From Octopus vulgaris (lineage: Eukaryota), in the NCBI GenBank assembly GCA_951406725.2, contig OX597817.1:70804001-70868000 (forward strand): DNA of 64,000 bases, written 5' to 3'. Made by a program: the position numbers and the translations under genes. The notes under the pieces were generated by a model. It saw nothing but the letters and a program-made list of their open reading frames with translations, did no database searches and was not told where the DNA came from. Positions 40,310 through 55,085 of this stretch are shown here, in pieces; within the stretch, counting starts at the first letter, position 1; each line of letters opens with the position of its first letter.

Positions 40310-40530
40310 ATACATAAATATAGACATATATGTATGTCTGTATATTTATGCACGTATAGCGCATAAAATGAATTATACAGAAAGGGAGGGAAAAGGATGA
40401 GGCATGATTAATATTATTGACAGTAGTTATTGTCGGTGTAAACTTAAGTACAGGGTACCAAATGTTGATATAAATCTACCTTTCTGTCTGTCTATGTATG
40501 CATGTATGTATACATACATATATATATATA

Positions 40531-40737
40531 TGACCGCGAGTGTACCGTTGGCGATTTTTTTCCTCTGTCTTCCCTTCTCTGGATCTTTCCTTCTCCTATG
40601 TTTCCGACGAAGAGCTCCGCTCGAAACGTTAAACCCTCCTTCTTTCCTTCTTTCCTGAGCGTCCAATAATACTATATTTGTTCCACGTCCTCGCGTTGTT
40701 GTGTTTTTTGTGCTTTCTTGTTTAGATTAACTATATA
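40531..40737 (+). mobile_element. Family H1 hammerhead-bearing element
   Basis: gttt-CCGACGA-a-gagc(tcc)gctc-GAAA-cg-TT-aaac at 40600-40634; flanked by TA runs. Confidence 0.75.
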
Positions 40738-40832
40738 TAAAACATTAGTTTCAAGGTTCATCCAAGGCTGGGACCACGAGCCATACATCACCTGCCCAAT
40801 TCAGTATCACAGCATATGGAATGAAATGGAAG

Positions 40833-41197
40833 CACGCCGTCGGTTACGACGATGAGGGTTCCGGTTGATCCTAATCAACGGAACAGCCTGCTCGTGAAAT
40901 TAACGTGTAAGTGGCTGAGCACTCCACAGACACGTGTACCCTTAACGTAGTTCTCGGGGATATTCAGCGTGACACAGAGAGTGACAAGGCCGGCCCTTTG
41001 AAATACAGGTACAACAGAAACAGGAAGTAAGAGTGAGAGAAAGTTGTGGTGAAAGAGTACAGCAGGGATCACCACCATCCCCTGCCGGAGCCTCGTGGAG
41101 CTTTAGGTGTTTTCGCTCAATAAACCCTCACAACGCCCGGTCTGGGAATCGAAACCGCGAGTCCGCTGCCCTAACCACTGGGCCATTGCGCCTCCAC
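40833..41197 (-). mobile_element. SINE family C, tail type 2
   Basis: Colinear with 30474-30853. Confidence 0.88.
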
Positions 41198-41503
41198 TTA
41201 TCACAGCATATAGGTACACTGCAACATGATTTCTTTTCCTCAACAGGCCCTGCCCAGTTTAACATTGTCCCGAAAGAGATCAAAGAAGAAAATGATCCCA
41301 TCAACTCTAAACGGAGTCTGGATAGATTTCTTCAAGGAATACTGGACAAGCCACCCATACCTGGATACAACTCACTCAACAAGAACTCACTACTTGATTG
41401 GATCATAAACAAAACTTGACTTAAACAGGATTTAGATAATCCTATCAGGTGCTGCTATTAAGTTAGACATGGCCTGGACCAATCTTTGGCCGAAACATAT
41501 CTA

Positions 41504-41508
<5 letters not shown>
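41198..41508 (+). mobile_element. CR1/L2-group LINE 3' end (second family)
   Basis: FSSTGPAQFNIVPKEIK...KRSLDRFLQGILDKP..PGY..NSLLDW, then stop and stem-loop tail; homologous to 55855-56140. Confidence 0.82.
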
Positions 41509-41578
<70 letters not shown>

Positions 41579-41667
41579 TATACACATTTGTGCATGTCTA
41601 CATGTATGAAACATACATATGTATATATTTAAGTATGTATATATGTAAGTATGCATATATGCATACA

Positions 41668-41751
<84 letters not shown>

Positions 41752-41752
<1 letters not shown>

Positions 41753-42260
41753 TAGCAGTATCGCCCGGCGTTGCTTGGGTTTGTAAGGGAAATAACTATA
41801 TAAGCATTTTTAGAGAGTTACTTCCCTTATAGATGCCAATTCGGGCTTTCTTAGCCATTTCTGTTTTGGTGTCTTCAAGCCATGAAGTCGTTGTTCTAAA
41901 AGAACGCTGGTCTCCTTGACAACGCTTTACGACGTTGATTTCCTTACACTCCCTTCCCCACAGCTTTACGACGGAGGGAAGAAGGGGGAGACGGAAACAG
42001 GTGCAGGTGTGAGCGTGGACGCCAACTCAGCCGCCATCGACACACGAAAAATTATGCATTAAAATGGAATAAAAAATGATGTTAAATTATTTTTAAAATC
42101 GTAGACTCATCGTAGACGCGCGCTAATAGCCAGACGGGCTCGATATGAATCACGACTATAAGATACCCGAATTTGGCTAAACTGCACCGCAAAATGTGGG
42201 AGTAGTTAGGAATCTAAATCGAAGAGGACAGACACTCACACAACTACAGTTTTATATATA
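41752..42260 (-). mobile_element. Non-autonomous Helitron, tandem copy 1
   Basis: Reverse complement ends with hairpin plus atactgCTAG|T. Confidence 0.85.
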
Positions 42261-42262
42261 TA

Positions 42263-42752
42263 CTAGCAGTATCGCCCGGCGTTGCTCGGGTTTGTAAGGG
42301 AAATAACTATATAAGCATTTTTAGAGAGTTACTTCCCTTATAAATTCGGGCTTTCTTAGCCATTTTTGTTTTGGTGTCTTCAAGCCATGAAGTCGTTGTT
42401 CTAAAAGAACGCTGGTTTCCTTCACAACGCATTACGACGTTGATTTCTTTACACTCCCTTCCCCACAGCTTCACGAGGGAGGGAAGGGGGAGAAGCAAAC
42501 AGGTGCAGCTGTGAGCGTGGACGCCAACTCCGCCGCCATCGACATACGATGCATTTTATGCATTAAAATGGAATAAAAAATGATGTTAAATTATTTTTAA
42601 AATCGTAGACTCATCGTTGACGCGCGCTAATAGTCAGACGGGCTCGATATGAATCACGACTATAAGATACCCGAATTTGGTTAAACTGCACCGCAAAATG
42701 TGGGAGGAGTTAGGAATCTAAATCGAAGGGGACAGACACTCACAGAACTAGA

Positions 42753-42762
<10 letters not shown>
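42263..42762 (-). mobile_element. Non-autonomous Helitron, tandem copy 2
   Basis: Directly head-to-tail with copy 1 and highly similar. Confidence 0.85.
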
Positions 42763-42811
<49 letters not shown>

Positions 42812-42893
42812 TAGAAGTAATAAGGTACTCAGAAATCTGGATGGTTTTATATTTACAGATTTTTATTAATATGTCACATGTTTTTATAAATCA

Positions 42894-43562
42894 CTAGCAG
42901 TATCGCCCGGCGTTGCTCGGGTTTGTAAGGGAAATAACTATATAAGCATTTTTAGAGAGTTATAGCAAAATAATAGCAAAAAAATGCATTAAAAATGGAA
43001 TAAAAAATGATGGTAATTTTTTTTTAAATCGTTGACTCATCGTAGACATTTTTAGAGAGTTACTTCCCTTATATAATAGCGAAAAAATGCATTAAAATGG
43101 AAAAAATGTTGGTAAATTTTTTTTTTAAATCGTAGACTCATGTAGACGCTTTCTTAGCCATTTCTGTTTTGGTGTCTTCAAGCCATGAAGTCGTTGTTCT
43201 AAAAGAACGCTGGTCTCCTTGACAACGCATTACGACGTTGATTTCTTTACACTCCCTTCCCCACAGCTTCACGAGGGAGGGGAGAAGCAAACAGGTGCAT
43301 CTGTGAGCGTGGACGCCAACTCCGCCGCCATCGACACACGATGCATTTTATGCATTAAAATGGAATAAAAAATGATGTTAAATTATTTTTAAAATCGTAG
43401 ACTCATCTTTGACTCGCGCTAATAGTCAGACGGGCTCGATATGAATCACGACTATAAGATACCCGAATTTGGTTAAACTGCACCGCAAAATGTGGGAGGA
43501 GTTAGGAATCTAAATCGAAGGGGACAGACACTCACACAACTAGAGTTTTATATATATATAGA
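42894..43562 (-). mobile_element. Non-autonomous Helitron, copy 3 (composite)
   Basis: A|TC...CTAG|T on the minus strand; combines the AT-rich module of 46076-46474 with the GC-rich module of copies 1-2. Confidence 0.85.
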
Positions 43563-43692
43563 TATATTAGCGCTTGCGTCCACTCTGAAAACATGTGACA
43601 TATTAATAAATATCTGTAAATATAAAACCATCCAGATTGCTGAGTACCTTATTTCTTCTAATATATAATACCTGTACATCATCTCCAAACCT

Positions 43693-43732
<40 letters not shown>

Positions 43733-43767
43733 GCATACATATATACATATATACGCACGCACACATA

Positions 43768-43843
<76 letters not shown>

Positions 43844-44329
43844 TGTGTTAGTTTATACATCCTAATATATAATTTTCTATACGAATACATTTATATGTGT
43901 AGACACATATGTTGTGTGTGTGTTTATGTGTATGTGACTATATATGTGCTCTAAGTCTCAGATTTGTATTTATGTGCAAAACAAAAAACAAACAAAACAA
44001 ACATGAACACAAACACCACATGCATATATACATGCGAGTGTATGTGTGGATTTGCAATTTCTACATGTATCAAATAAAAATATAGTAAAAAATTATATAA
44101 AAAAAAAAAAACAAATCCACACACATGATTGTAGAAAATGACATTTTATAATTATAAATATCGTATATTGACATTAATTATGTAAGACATAAATAGCTTT
44201 AGAATATACATGAAATATTTGTACTTACATGTGTAGGTGCTGGACTGTACGTATGTGTATTTATATATATACATATATATGTAAAAAAATACAAGCTGGG
44301 ACAAGAACGCAAAACATTTAGAAGACGAT

Positions 44330-44463
<134 letters not shown>

Positions 44464-44489
44464 TGATTGATAGATAGATAGATGTGTAT

Positions 44490-44710
44490 ATGTTAGTTAG
44501 TTAATTTGGCTCAAAAGCAAATAGCAAGGCCATGTAGGGGGACATGGAGTTAAGTACAGGGTTGTGTTCATGTAAAGAGTTCAGGCCACTTGAGGTCAAG
44601 GGAGGCTTTGAACAAAGCGGTCGTCGGCATCTTCACCATCTCGTCTGGCAGCTTGTTCCACGGATCCGCAACCCGGACGGAGAAAGCTCCTCTCCTTCGA
44701 TTGAGATGTG
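44490..44710 (-). mobile_element. CR1-type LINE 3' end
   Basis: [21 protein letters not shown]....TALFKASLD, then stop and (CTAA)n tail. Confidence 0.85.
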
Positions 44711-44774
44711 TGTATATATATATATATATGTATGCATGTATGTATATATGCATGTGTGCATATATGTATATCTA

Positions 44775-44872
<98 letters not shown>

Positions 44873-44888
44873 CATGTGTATTTGTGTG

Positions 44889-44933
<45 letters not shown>

Positions 44934-44974
44934 ATATGCATATGTGTGCACGTGAATGTGTGTGTATGTGTGTA

Positions 44975-45041
<67 letters not shown>

Positions 45042-45933
45042 AAGTTCATACCATTAGGGAATTAAAGTAATGTAATGTACTGAGACTTAATAATTTAAAT
45101 CCCTTACAAATTATGCAGCCAGAAATGCAGGCACCGATTCACTTGTACGAATGAATTTTAATTATTTTGTACACGTACCCATGCACAGAACGGCACTCAC
45201 ACACGCAATGGGTTCGAGTCTTATGCATGTATGTATGTATAAATGCACACATACTTACATACAATTCTCTAAAAATCTAAATCTGTATCAGATACATCCA
45301 TAAATTAAGCAACTGTAAAATGTAATCACGGGTTTACTAATGTAAGTGAGTGTAAATACATAAATTCATAAATATAATTAATTTGTAAAGCTAATTAGCC
45401 CTAAGTTATATACATAATTATTTAGCAATTGAATCCTTGAGATATTTTGCAAAATGTATGGAGTGTTACAATTTTAAGACAGATATAATATATGTAGATA
45501 TAAGTAACACCATCGTTGCACTAAGCGATAGCTTTAAGTAAATTTGGGTATGGTAGAGAGATTTTGAGGATACTATTCAAATAGATGAAGTTTTAAATAA
45601 AATGTTGTGCACGCGATACGCGCGCACACGCACGCACGCTCGCGCACACACGCACGAACGCACGCGCACACACATATGTATGTAACCATGTATGTATGTA
45701 TATCATATAGAAAAGTAAAGTTGAGGTTCCTAAAAATAACCTCGTGGCTCTACGTTTTTCTTTTACCTTTTACCTTTTACTTGCTTCTGCCATTAGACTG
45801 CGACCATGCTGGGGACCGCCTTGAAGAATTTTAGTCGAACGAATAGACTCCGGCCTTTATTTTATAGGTTGCTTTTGCTGAACCGCTAGGCTAGAGGAGC
45901 ATAAACACACTAAGCGATGGTGGGTAGCACACG

Positions 45934-45984
<51 letters not shown>

Positions 45985-46075
45985 TATATATATATATACA
46001 GAGAGAGAGAGAGATAGATAATGTATATCCAATGAAGAAAAATTATATTTATTGTATGTTTTCCTATATTATTCA

Positions 46076-46474
46076 CTAGCAGTATCGCCCGGCGTTGCTC
46101 GGGCTTGTAAGGGAAATAACTATATAAGCATTTTTAGAGAGTTATAGCCAAAAAATAGCAAAAAAATGCATTAAAAATGGAAAAAAAATGATGGTAATTT
46201 TTCTTTTAAATCGTTGACTCATCGTAGACATTTTTAGAGAGTTACTTCCCTTATATAATAGCGAAAAAATGCATTAAAATGGAAAAAAATGATGGTAAAT
46301 TTTTTTTTAAATCGTAGACTCATCGTAGACGCGCGCTAATACCCAGAAGGGCTCGATATGAATCACGACTATAAGATACCCGGTTTTTGATTAAACTGCA
46401 CCGCAAAATGTGGGAGTAGTTAGGAATCTAAATCGTAGGAGACAGACACACAACTTCACTTTTATATATAAAGA
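46076..46474 (-). mobile_element. Non-autonomous Helitron, 399 bp, complete ends
   Basis: Reverse complement A|TCtttatatataaaa...cccgagcaacgccggg cgatactgCTAG|T. Confidence 0.88.
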
Positions 46475-46479
46475 TTTAT

Positions 46480-46890
46480 CTTTTCTTTGTTTCAATCATT
46501 GGAATGTGGCCATGATGGAGCACCACCTCGAAGGTTTTTTTACACGAACGAATCGTCCCTAGTATTTTTCTTTACGCATTGCACTTATTCTATCACTCTT
46601 TTTGTCGTAACGCTGTTACGGGGACGTAAACAAACCAGCGCCGATTGTTAAGCGGTTGTGAGGGACAAACTCAAACACAATAACACACACATCCACACAC
46701 AGAGATTTATAGGCGCATACACACACAGACACACATATATACACACATACACATATTTATGATAAGCTTCTGTTTACCAAATCCACTCGCAAAGATTTGG
46801 TCGGCCCGGAGCTATAGCAGAAGACACTTGCCCAAGTTATCACGCAGTAGTACTGAACTCGGAACTATGTGGTGGGGAAGCAAACTTAAT
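46480..46890 (-). mobile_element. SINE family A, degenerate
   Basis: ggccatgatggagcaccacc tail; gaagacacttgcccaag head. Confidence 0.75.
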
Positions 46891-47363
46891 GGCAATCTAA
46901 CGTATTGTCCATGTATACCTCTGAGAGCTGACATTCATGGAGAATACTTGAAACATTTTTATTCAGCTGTGTATAAAATTTTGTCATGTAATTTTTCGTT
47001 CCGTTTACTTTTATATTCAACCTCAAATGACACTGCAGGCCCTAGAAAGATGTACATCTTGGAACAGAGCACTCTCTACCAGAAGATGTACAATAACTTT
47101 CTCCATCTACTTTTTCACAATACAGAATTAAGTCGCAGCACCAAATAATTTATAGATTATATGAATACTTGTGGGGCATTTTTGGTGGAAAATAGCTCGT
47201 TAAAATGAATTATGATCTACCCCGCGGAGAACGAATGTCTCTTGTTACTCAGTACTTACGGGTGTGGGTATAATGGTATAATACATACATACATATATCT
47301 ATATATATACATAGTTACATGCATACATATACATACATACAAACATACATATATATAAATATA

Positions 47364-47474
<111 letters not shown>

Positions 47475-47679
47475 AGTGTTAAAAACACTGATTTGATTGA
47501 GTGATATATGTAGAAACATATATGAGTGCACGCGTGTATGCATGTATACACACATGCACACACACATACACACATACACACACAAAGTGTATAATTATTT
47601 ATAAATTTACAAATATATTTACTAAATACATTGTATTTTATATCCATATTATATATACTGAATGTGTATATTTTATATG

Positions 47680-47711
<32 letters not shown>

Positions 47712-48329
47712 TGTATGTATGTATGTATGTATGTATGTATGTATGTATGTATGCATGCATGCATGTATGTATGTATATATGTATGTATACATATATAAAC
47801 TTTATTTACACACACGTGCACGCGCACAAATTATAAATTTGTTCGTGTGAGCATGGAATCTAGAATATATATAATATCTAAATGCTTGTAACAAAGCGTG
47901 TTGAGTTTATTAAGATTTTTTTTTTCTTGCTAATAGCCTGGTTTTTGCTATTCAGCATCGGTAAAGTCAACGAAAGGTACGACTTAAATAAACATATTAC
48001 ATTTATATTTTAACAAAAACGTACCTCAAAGAACAAGCTAAAATGATAAGTGATCACTAAGAAAACAAACTGAAGTGTGCGATGGATCCAACATTTTGAA
48101 GACATCGATATAAAAAGAATATTGTTTTCTCGAATGTGGCTTCAATTTAAAATACCATATATAGAAAATAAATAGTTTCATTAAAATACTTAAGTGACGG
48201 GCACTCTATTGCAATGGACAAAGCGAAAACTTTAGAAATAACTTCAGATTTTTATTTAAAACACATTAGCTCCAAACCATAAATAAGCTCTTACAATCTA
48301 TTAAAACCACATTTTAGCGCCTATCAGAA

Positions 48330-48660
48330 ATATGAAAAGTAGAAAATACAATAGTATATCGAACTCAATTGAAAAAATTAAGGAAAAATATAGATTGAGG
48401 AATTTATGTAAAATTGATAATACTAAGTATAATCGTTTAGCTCGAAAGTTTATCACATCGCTGAATATGGAAATATGCTGTCATGGACACAAGATCACTT
48501 CTAAATTGGATGTAGTGAACAGAACGAAACTTCTGAATCCTAAAGAATGTCAATTCACATTAAAGAACCACAAGGTTATTTTGAATAGTATCATCAAAAT
48601 CTCTCTACTATGCCCAAATTTAGTCAAGCTATTGTTTCTAACCTGAACAAATTTTACTGA
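48330..48660 (+). pseudogene. Degenerate PLE RT N-terminal region
   Basis: LCKIDNTKYNRL..KFIT and ITSKLDVVNR......ECQFTLKNHK resemble the PLE Y.KLL..NIT and FITLKDHK blocks. Confidence 0.55.
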
Positions 48661-48889
48661 AACAGACCTTCGTATAATTTCTGTTGCATTAAACATATTT
48701 TTTCATCTGAACTTTAATTGCTTGACTAAGAATTAGTATAGCAATACAAGGCATAAATAGGCAATCCCACTGAATTATATAATAGTTTGAGTGCCAGTCT
48801 TTTCAAATTTTGCTACAACCAATATACTTATTGTTTTAGAAACTCTACCAGAAACAACGTCCGATCCCTTTCAACTTACACTTGTTAAG

Positions 48890-48936
<47 letters not shown>

Positions 48937-49539
48937 GTAACATTCATGCCTGTAGTCTTTCTGCTATTAAGGGATAAGATATTATCATTGCTGGTTTAAA
49001 TAGATGAAGCAAACATCAGAGGTGCTTTACCCAACTCAGAAACTGCAGAAGCTACTCAGAGGTCTTGCAAGCTCTTCTTCAAAATCCATCGCAATGTGAC
49101 AAACCCTTCCGTTTCGTCAGCTGGGCTCTGAGAGTCACAAGCATTTCACCCTTTACTAGTACGCTTCGCCTGAGTAGGACAACGATGACTGAAGTAGTCT
49201 TTGCCTGCGGAAGGTTTCCCCTTACGGTCTTTCAGGTGCACATATCTCCTTGCTGGCTTTCTTCAGTTGTTTGGGTTCCGGATCAATCTTCTGTACGAAA
49301 CATGCAAATATTACACATATCTAATTTTCTTCATAGGTGATCACATGCGATATAACTGTACTAATATTTCCCACCGTGAAGTAACACCAATGCAAATTTG
49401 TCTTGATGTTAATCACACATATATTTATTTATTAATGGGTGTAATCAATTATTTTCTATCTTTATGTGTCATATTATATCTAAATTCTTTTTATTAGCTT
49501 TATTATCTCCCATCTTTGTTTTATATTTACTTTAATCCT

Positions 49540-49952
49540 ATTTGTTTACTACCCACAAGGGGCTAAACACAGAGGGGACAAACAAGGACAGACAAACGGA
49601 TTAAGTCGATTATATCGACCCCAATGCGTAACTGGTACTTATTTAATCGACCCCGAAAGGATGAAAGACAAAGTCGACCTCGGCGGAATCTGAACTCAGA
49701 ACTTAAAGACAGACGAGATACATATTTCTTTACTACCCACAAGGGGCTAATCACAGAGAGGACAAACAAGGACAGACAAACGGATTAAGTCGATTATATC
49801 TTCCCCAGTGCGTAACTGATACTTAATTTATCGACCCCGAAAGGATGAAAGGCAAAATCGACCTTGGCGGAATTTGAATTCAAATGTAACGGCAGACGAA
49901 ATACAGCTACGCATTTCGCCCGGCGTGCTAACGTTTCTGTCAGCTCGCCGCC
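49540..49952 (-). mobile_element. SINE family B dimer (full copy plus repeated 3' two-thirds)
   Basis: The module tactacccacaaggggct...gaactcagaac appears twice (49540-49716 and 49725-49952). Confidence 0.88.
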
Positions 49953-50337
49953 AAAACACCAATATATGCATTCATTTCAGAATATATCTGAATACGTTTA
50001 TCAATGTATCTATATATTATGAACGTATAATTGTATATTACTTTATCATCTATATATTTTTTCATACTGATATTTTTAATTTCACCTTATCCTAATATCT
50101 TCACCTAATACTTCAGACCTGCACCAGTACTTGACAACTGGTGTTAGCGTGTTTACGTATATCACATCTAAATATCTATGAAAAGGAATGTCACATTGGA
50201 TTATATAGTTTTGAATATTTTATGTTTCAATGAAAAAGATTGGATGGCCATATAGGGAATGATTTGGATCATAGGATTACTCTTTTCAGAGAGGAACAGA
50301 ATATTCGGAGCCACTAACTATTCACGGAGATATAGTT

Positions 50338-50413
<76 letters not shown>

Positions 50414-50772
50414 TGTCTGAGTGTACGTACGCGTGAGATAGAGGCGTGTTGGGAAATTGGGAAGAAAAGACGAATAGATGAAATTATACAGACTGTTGTC
50501 CAAAGAGAGAAGTAGGAGAAACGGTGAGAATGAAACATAGAAAGTGAGAGGAAGAAAGAAGAGGAAGGAAGGAGAGAGTGCTGGTGTTTGAGAGATAATG
50601 AATTGTAACAAGGGAAAGAAAGAGAAAAGAGACGGAGAAAGAGAAAGAAGAAAAGGTATTTGAGGGAGAAAGATATAGCGAATAGACAGTAGTGTTGTAA
50701 TGTGAGATAGTGAGAGGGAAAATATGACTGGAAACAGAGAGAAAGAGGAAGAGACTACCAGAAACTGCTTTG

Positions 50773-50844
<72 letters not shown>

Positions 50845-50975
50845 AAGCAAAGAGCGTGAAGGTAGCTTGTATGTGTGAGAGATGTCAAGGTATATGTATG
50901 ACCAAAGGAGAGATAGGCTGTATATGTGTTGTGGTGAAGAAGAGAAGTTATAGAAGAAGCTCGGAGAGTGAAAAT

Positions 50976-51045
<70 letters not shown>

Positions 51046-51577
51046 TGAGAAGGAGAATATTTTAACCAATCAATGAAGAGCTGATGCAAAATTCTTATTC
51101 GCAGTTCTGGTAAACTATTCATCAATGTCCAACACGGAACTATATTCAGATAGTCACCATGTCTCGCCTTAACTGATAATAAAGAACAGTACACTACATA
51201 CTGAGCTATTTGTGGTCTTTGTTTGTTATCAAATCCTTGCTTTGTTCCTGCCTCCCTTCCTCGTTTCCTTTATTTTATTTGCTGCTGCTAGTCGCAAAAT
51301 CTACGTAAAAATAAAAGAAAGCTCTCAGACCACAATGTTTAAACTCTAAAAATATAAATAATCTCGAGTAGACATCTGATATTTAACAGATGACTATGAA
51401 ACATATATTTTCATTCAGTACACCGTACGTATTCTTATGTTAACTATTTTCGAATTGTATTGTCCATATATGCATACATGTATTCAGATGTGCATACATG
51501 TATACATACATGTACACATATAAGTTCATATATAGACGTACACAAGTGTATATACATATATCAAAATAAAAAATAAT

Positions 51578-51827
51578 TGCGCCATTTTTAAAAGCCTAGC
51601 CAGGCTCATAGGCCCAGTTTCCCGGTTTCTATGGCGTATGTGTTCCCCAGCTGGACGGGACGCCAGTCCAGCGCAGCGATACTCATTTTTGCCAGCTGAG
51701 TGGATTGGAGCAACGTGAAATGAAGTATTTTGCTCAAGAACACAACGCGTCGCCCGGTCCAGGAATCGAAACCACTATCTTACGATCATGATGCTGACAC
51801 CCTAACCACTAAGCCACGCGCCTCCAC
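51578..51827 (-). mobile_element. SINE family D, full length
   Basis: Reverse complement of 4397-4646. Confidence 0.88.
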
Positions 51828-52811
51828 TTATATACTTCTATTAATTAACACGTATTGAATGCTCAGTTATTGGTTCTGCAAAACATTATTTCTGCATGCA
51901 GTCTTTCTATCCTGCAGAAAAGCATGATATACTAAACCCAGGTTTCTAAGCTGACGCTCGATTGGTTTTTTTATAAAGAAGAGACAGGATTTGTTTCCCA
52001 AAGCTTGTCCAAAACGACAAAACACACCACCAAAAGAACTAAACTCTATAACCAGACAAACCAAAATGGCATACTCGTTAAATTAACGCATACGGAAAAC
52101 TATTTAACATATGCAGCCCTTAGATCGAAGAGCGAGGCAACACGAGACCATTGAAGTCTGCAGTACCCCGCGAATTTATTCGATGGTCTTCCACACAATT
52201 TTACTGACAAGGCTTGGTACGAAACCAAGGTTTATGATAAACGATACTTGCCCAAGATGCCCAATAGTATGATGCAAGCACTAGACAGTGCCAGCGATCT
52301 TGTGCGTACACTAAAAACCCATGCAATATTGAACTTATATTGAAATGGAAAAGCTTCAAATAAAAACACGTCCGCACACACGTTTAAAGAATACACCACT
52401 GCGTGTTTATAAATAGTGTTGTTGTTTTTTTTTAAAATTTATTATTAATTAGCAATAATAGCAATAATATAATATAAACACATGGAGGCTACCCAGCATT
52501 GAAAACGGAAAAATGCCTTCAACATTTAGAATTTTAATGAGGTGAAAATCCCTTCTGGTACCCTAGTTTAAATGCATTTTTAATACACGCGTTACATAAT
52601 TTTCAAACATATCACTTTTCTCCTGATTCTTTACTTAGGTAGAAGGAAATACATTTTAGGAGTGTATAACCGATTAAATCAATTCCAATAATTCATTAGT
52701 ACTTATTTTAACAAGTAAAAGCAAAATAAAACATATGATAATAATAAAGATTTCCAACGTAAAAATAGCAACAACAATGATAATAATAATAATAATGATA
52801 ATAATAATAAT

Positions 52812-53012
52812 CCTTTCCACTATATGCATAAGGCCTGAAATTTGGTGGGAGAATATTAGTCAATTACATTGACCCCAGTTATTCACTGGTATTTAATTTA
52901 TCGACCCCGAAAGGATGAAAAGCAAAGTCGACCTCGGTGGAATTTAAACTCAGAACTTAGCGACAGGTGAAATACCGCTAAGCATTTCGTCCAGTGTGTT
53001 AACAATTCTACT
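52812..53012 (-). mobile_element. SINE family B
   Basis: tatcgaccccgaaaggatgaaaagcaaagtcgacctcgg. Confidence 0.82.
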
Positions 53013-53199
53013 AAATGCGATATGGCACAGGTGTTGATAGATGGACAAAGAACGAACTTTGAGAAATGGATAGAAAGCGCAGGAAAGTGAAGCGAAAATC
53101 GATGTTAATAGATTGCATCGTCTAGAAACAAAGAAAGAAGCGGGTTCATAGAATGCAAGAACTTTGTTGTCAAAGAGGAAAACGGTCTAGGATGGTAGA

Positions 53200-53745
53200 G
53201 TGAACTTTTGGTTGTTGCGGTTAGAAATGGCAGCACGATACTTAGTGAAAATGTAACACTCAAAAGAGTGTGTGGCATGAAAAACGAAACAGTCTCACAT
53301 ATCGTGAGCGAGCGGAGCAATCTAGCTCAAAAGAAAAGAAAAAAAAAGAGCATGATAACGTGCCTAGGTATGCTCAATGGAGATTGTGTCAGAAGTTTGG
53401 TCTTGAAAGGACATTGAAATAGCAAGAGTATAAGCTACAAGGTGTCACTGAGAATACTGAGTATAAGATTTTACAGCAGCGTGATTCAGTGATCGATGCT
53501 GGGAGACCAGACATTATTTTAGTGGCTGAACGATGAAAGAAACCAAGATCATAGATGTTACCATACTTGGGGATGTACGAGTGTCTGACAAAGAGTAGAA
53601 AAAGATTGAGACGTACAAACCTCTAAAAGATGAGATTGCATGACTATGGTCATCCCAGTAGTTACAGGGACATTGGGAGCATTAACAACCAAGGTTGAGA
53701 AAGTTTTTTGAGATATTGGGTTTGACATGAGGGTAGAACATGCTA
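53200..53745 (+). pseudogene. R4/Dong-like RLE retrotransposon C-terminus
   Basis: RVCGMKNETVSHIVSE, HDNV..Y..WRLCQKFGL, RPDIILV, IIDV..LGD.RV..KE.EKI..Y..LK.EI, VIPVVTGTLGA; followed by (TAA)n. Confidence 0.88.
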
Positions 53746-53756
53746 TAATAATAATG

Positions 53757-53866
<110 letters not shown>

Positions 53867-54134
53867 AACAATGGTTTCAAATTCTGGCGCAAGGCCAGCA
53901 ATTTCGGGAAATGGGATAAGTCTGCAACTGAGTAATCGCATTTGGAAATTTTTCGCAAGAAGTTGGCTTTAGTGGCGGCTTACAAAAGAAATCGTAAAAT
54001 TTCTTCCACAGATTTCGAGTAGGATTTTAGTAAAAGCAGACAAAAAACAAAACAGCTACTATTGGTAACAAACAATAAAAGTAAAACAAAGAAATACATT
54101 TTAAAAATACAGTCACATACTTTGATTTTCACCA

Positions 54135-54263
<129 letters not shown>

Positions 54264-54382
54264 CAGCCAACTAGCTATCTGTCTAATCGCCCATCCTTTC
54301 CTATGAATGGTAGTGAAAACGTACGTTCACAATTTTGGTGTATTTTTTCCGAACACAGCTTTCGTTCATATCTAGATGACTC

Positions 54383-54708
54383 CTTTACTCTTTACTCTCT
54401 TTTACTCTTTTACTTGTTTCAGTCATTTGACTGCGGCCATGCTGGAGCACCACCTTTAATCGAGCAACTCGACCCCGGGACTTATTCTTTTGTAAGCCCA
54501 GTACTTATTCTATCGGTCTCTTTTGCCGAACCGCTAAGTAACGGGGACATAAACACACCAGCATCGGTTGTCAAGCAATGCTAGGGGGACAAACACAGAC
54601 TCACAAACACACACACGCATATATATATATATACATATATACGACGGGCTTCTTTCAGTTTCCGTCTACCAAATCCACTCACAAGGCTTTGGTCGGCCCG
54701 AGGCTATA
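54383..54708 (-). mobile_element. SINE family A, 5'-truncated
   Basis: Reverse-complemented tail ggtggtgctccagcatggccgcagtcaaatgactgaaacaagtaaaagag. Confidence 0.88.
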
Positions 54709-54767
54709 TATTTCATATTTTCGTTACCATACATACAATATACATATACATACGTGTAACCACGTGT

Positions 54768-54955
54768 GTATCGTTGGCGATTTTCTTCCTCCGTCTTCCC
54801 TTCTTTTGGATTTCCTCTATTTCTGGAAAAGAGATTTGCTCGGAACATAAAATCCTCTTTCTTTCCTTTACTTAGTGTCTGATAACACAGTACTTCTACC
54901 ACGACCTCTCGTTGTTGTTTTTCCTTGTTTGTTCTTCATTGTTTAGATTCGCTAT
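54768..54955 (+). mobile_element. Family H1 element, degenerate hammerhead
   Basis: cgttggcgattttcttcctccgtcttccctt...attt-CTGGAAA-agag(attt)gctc-GGAA-cat-aaaat; ends in (TA)n. Confidence 0.65.
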
Positions 54956-54962
54956 ATGTATG

Positions 54963-55085
<123 letters not shown>

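Noticed and set aside
41450-41500. Hairpin followed by GAAAC in LINE and SINE A tails, resembling half a hammerhead
   Set aside because: No upstream CUGANGA or stem I; better explained as the LINE 3' recognition stem-loop.
51060-51330. Unique sequence after GA-rich tracts with a CCAAT motif, as a possible promoter or exon
   Set aside because: Short motifs are expected by chance; no supporting ORF or splice signals.
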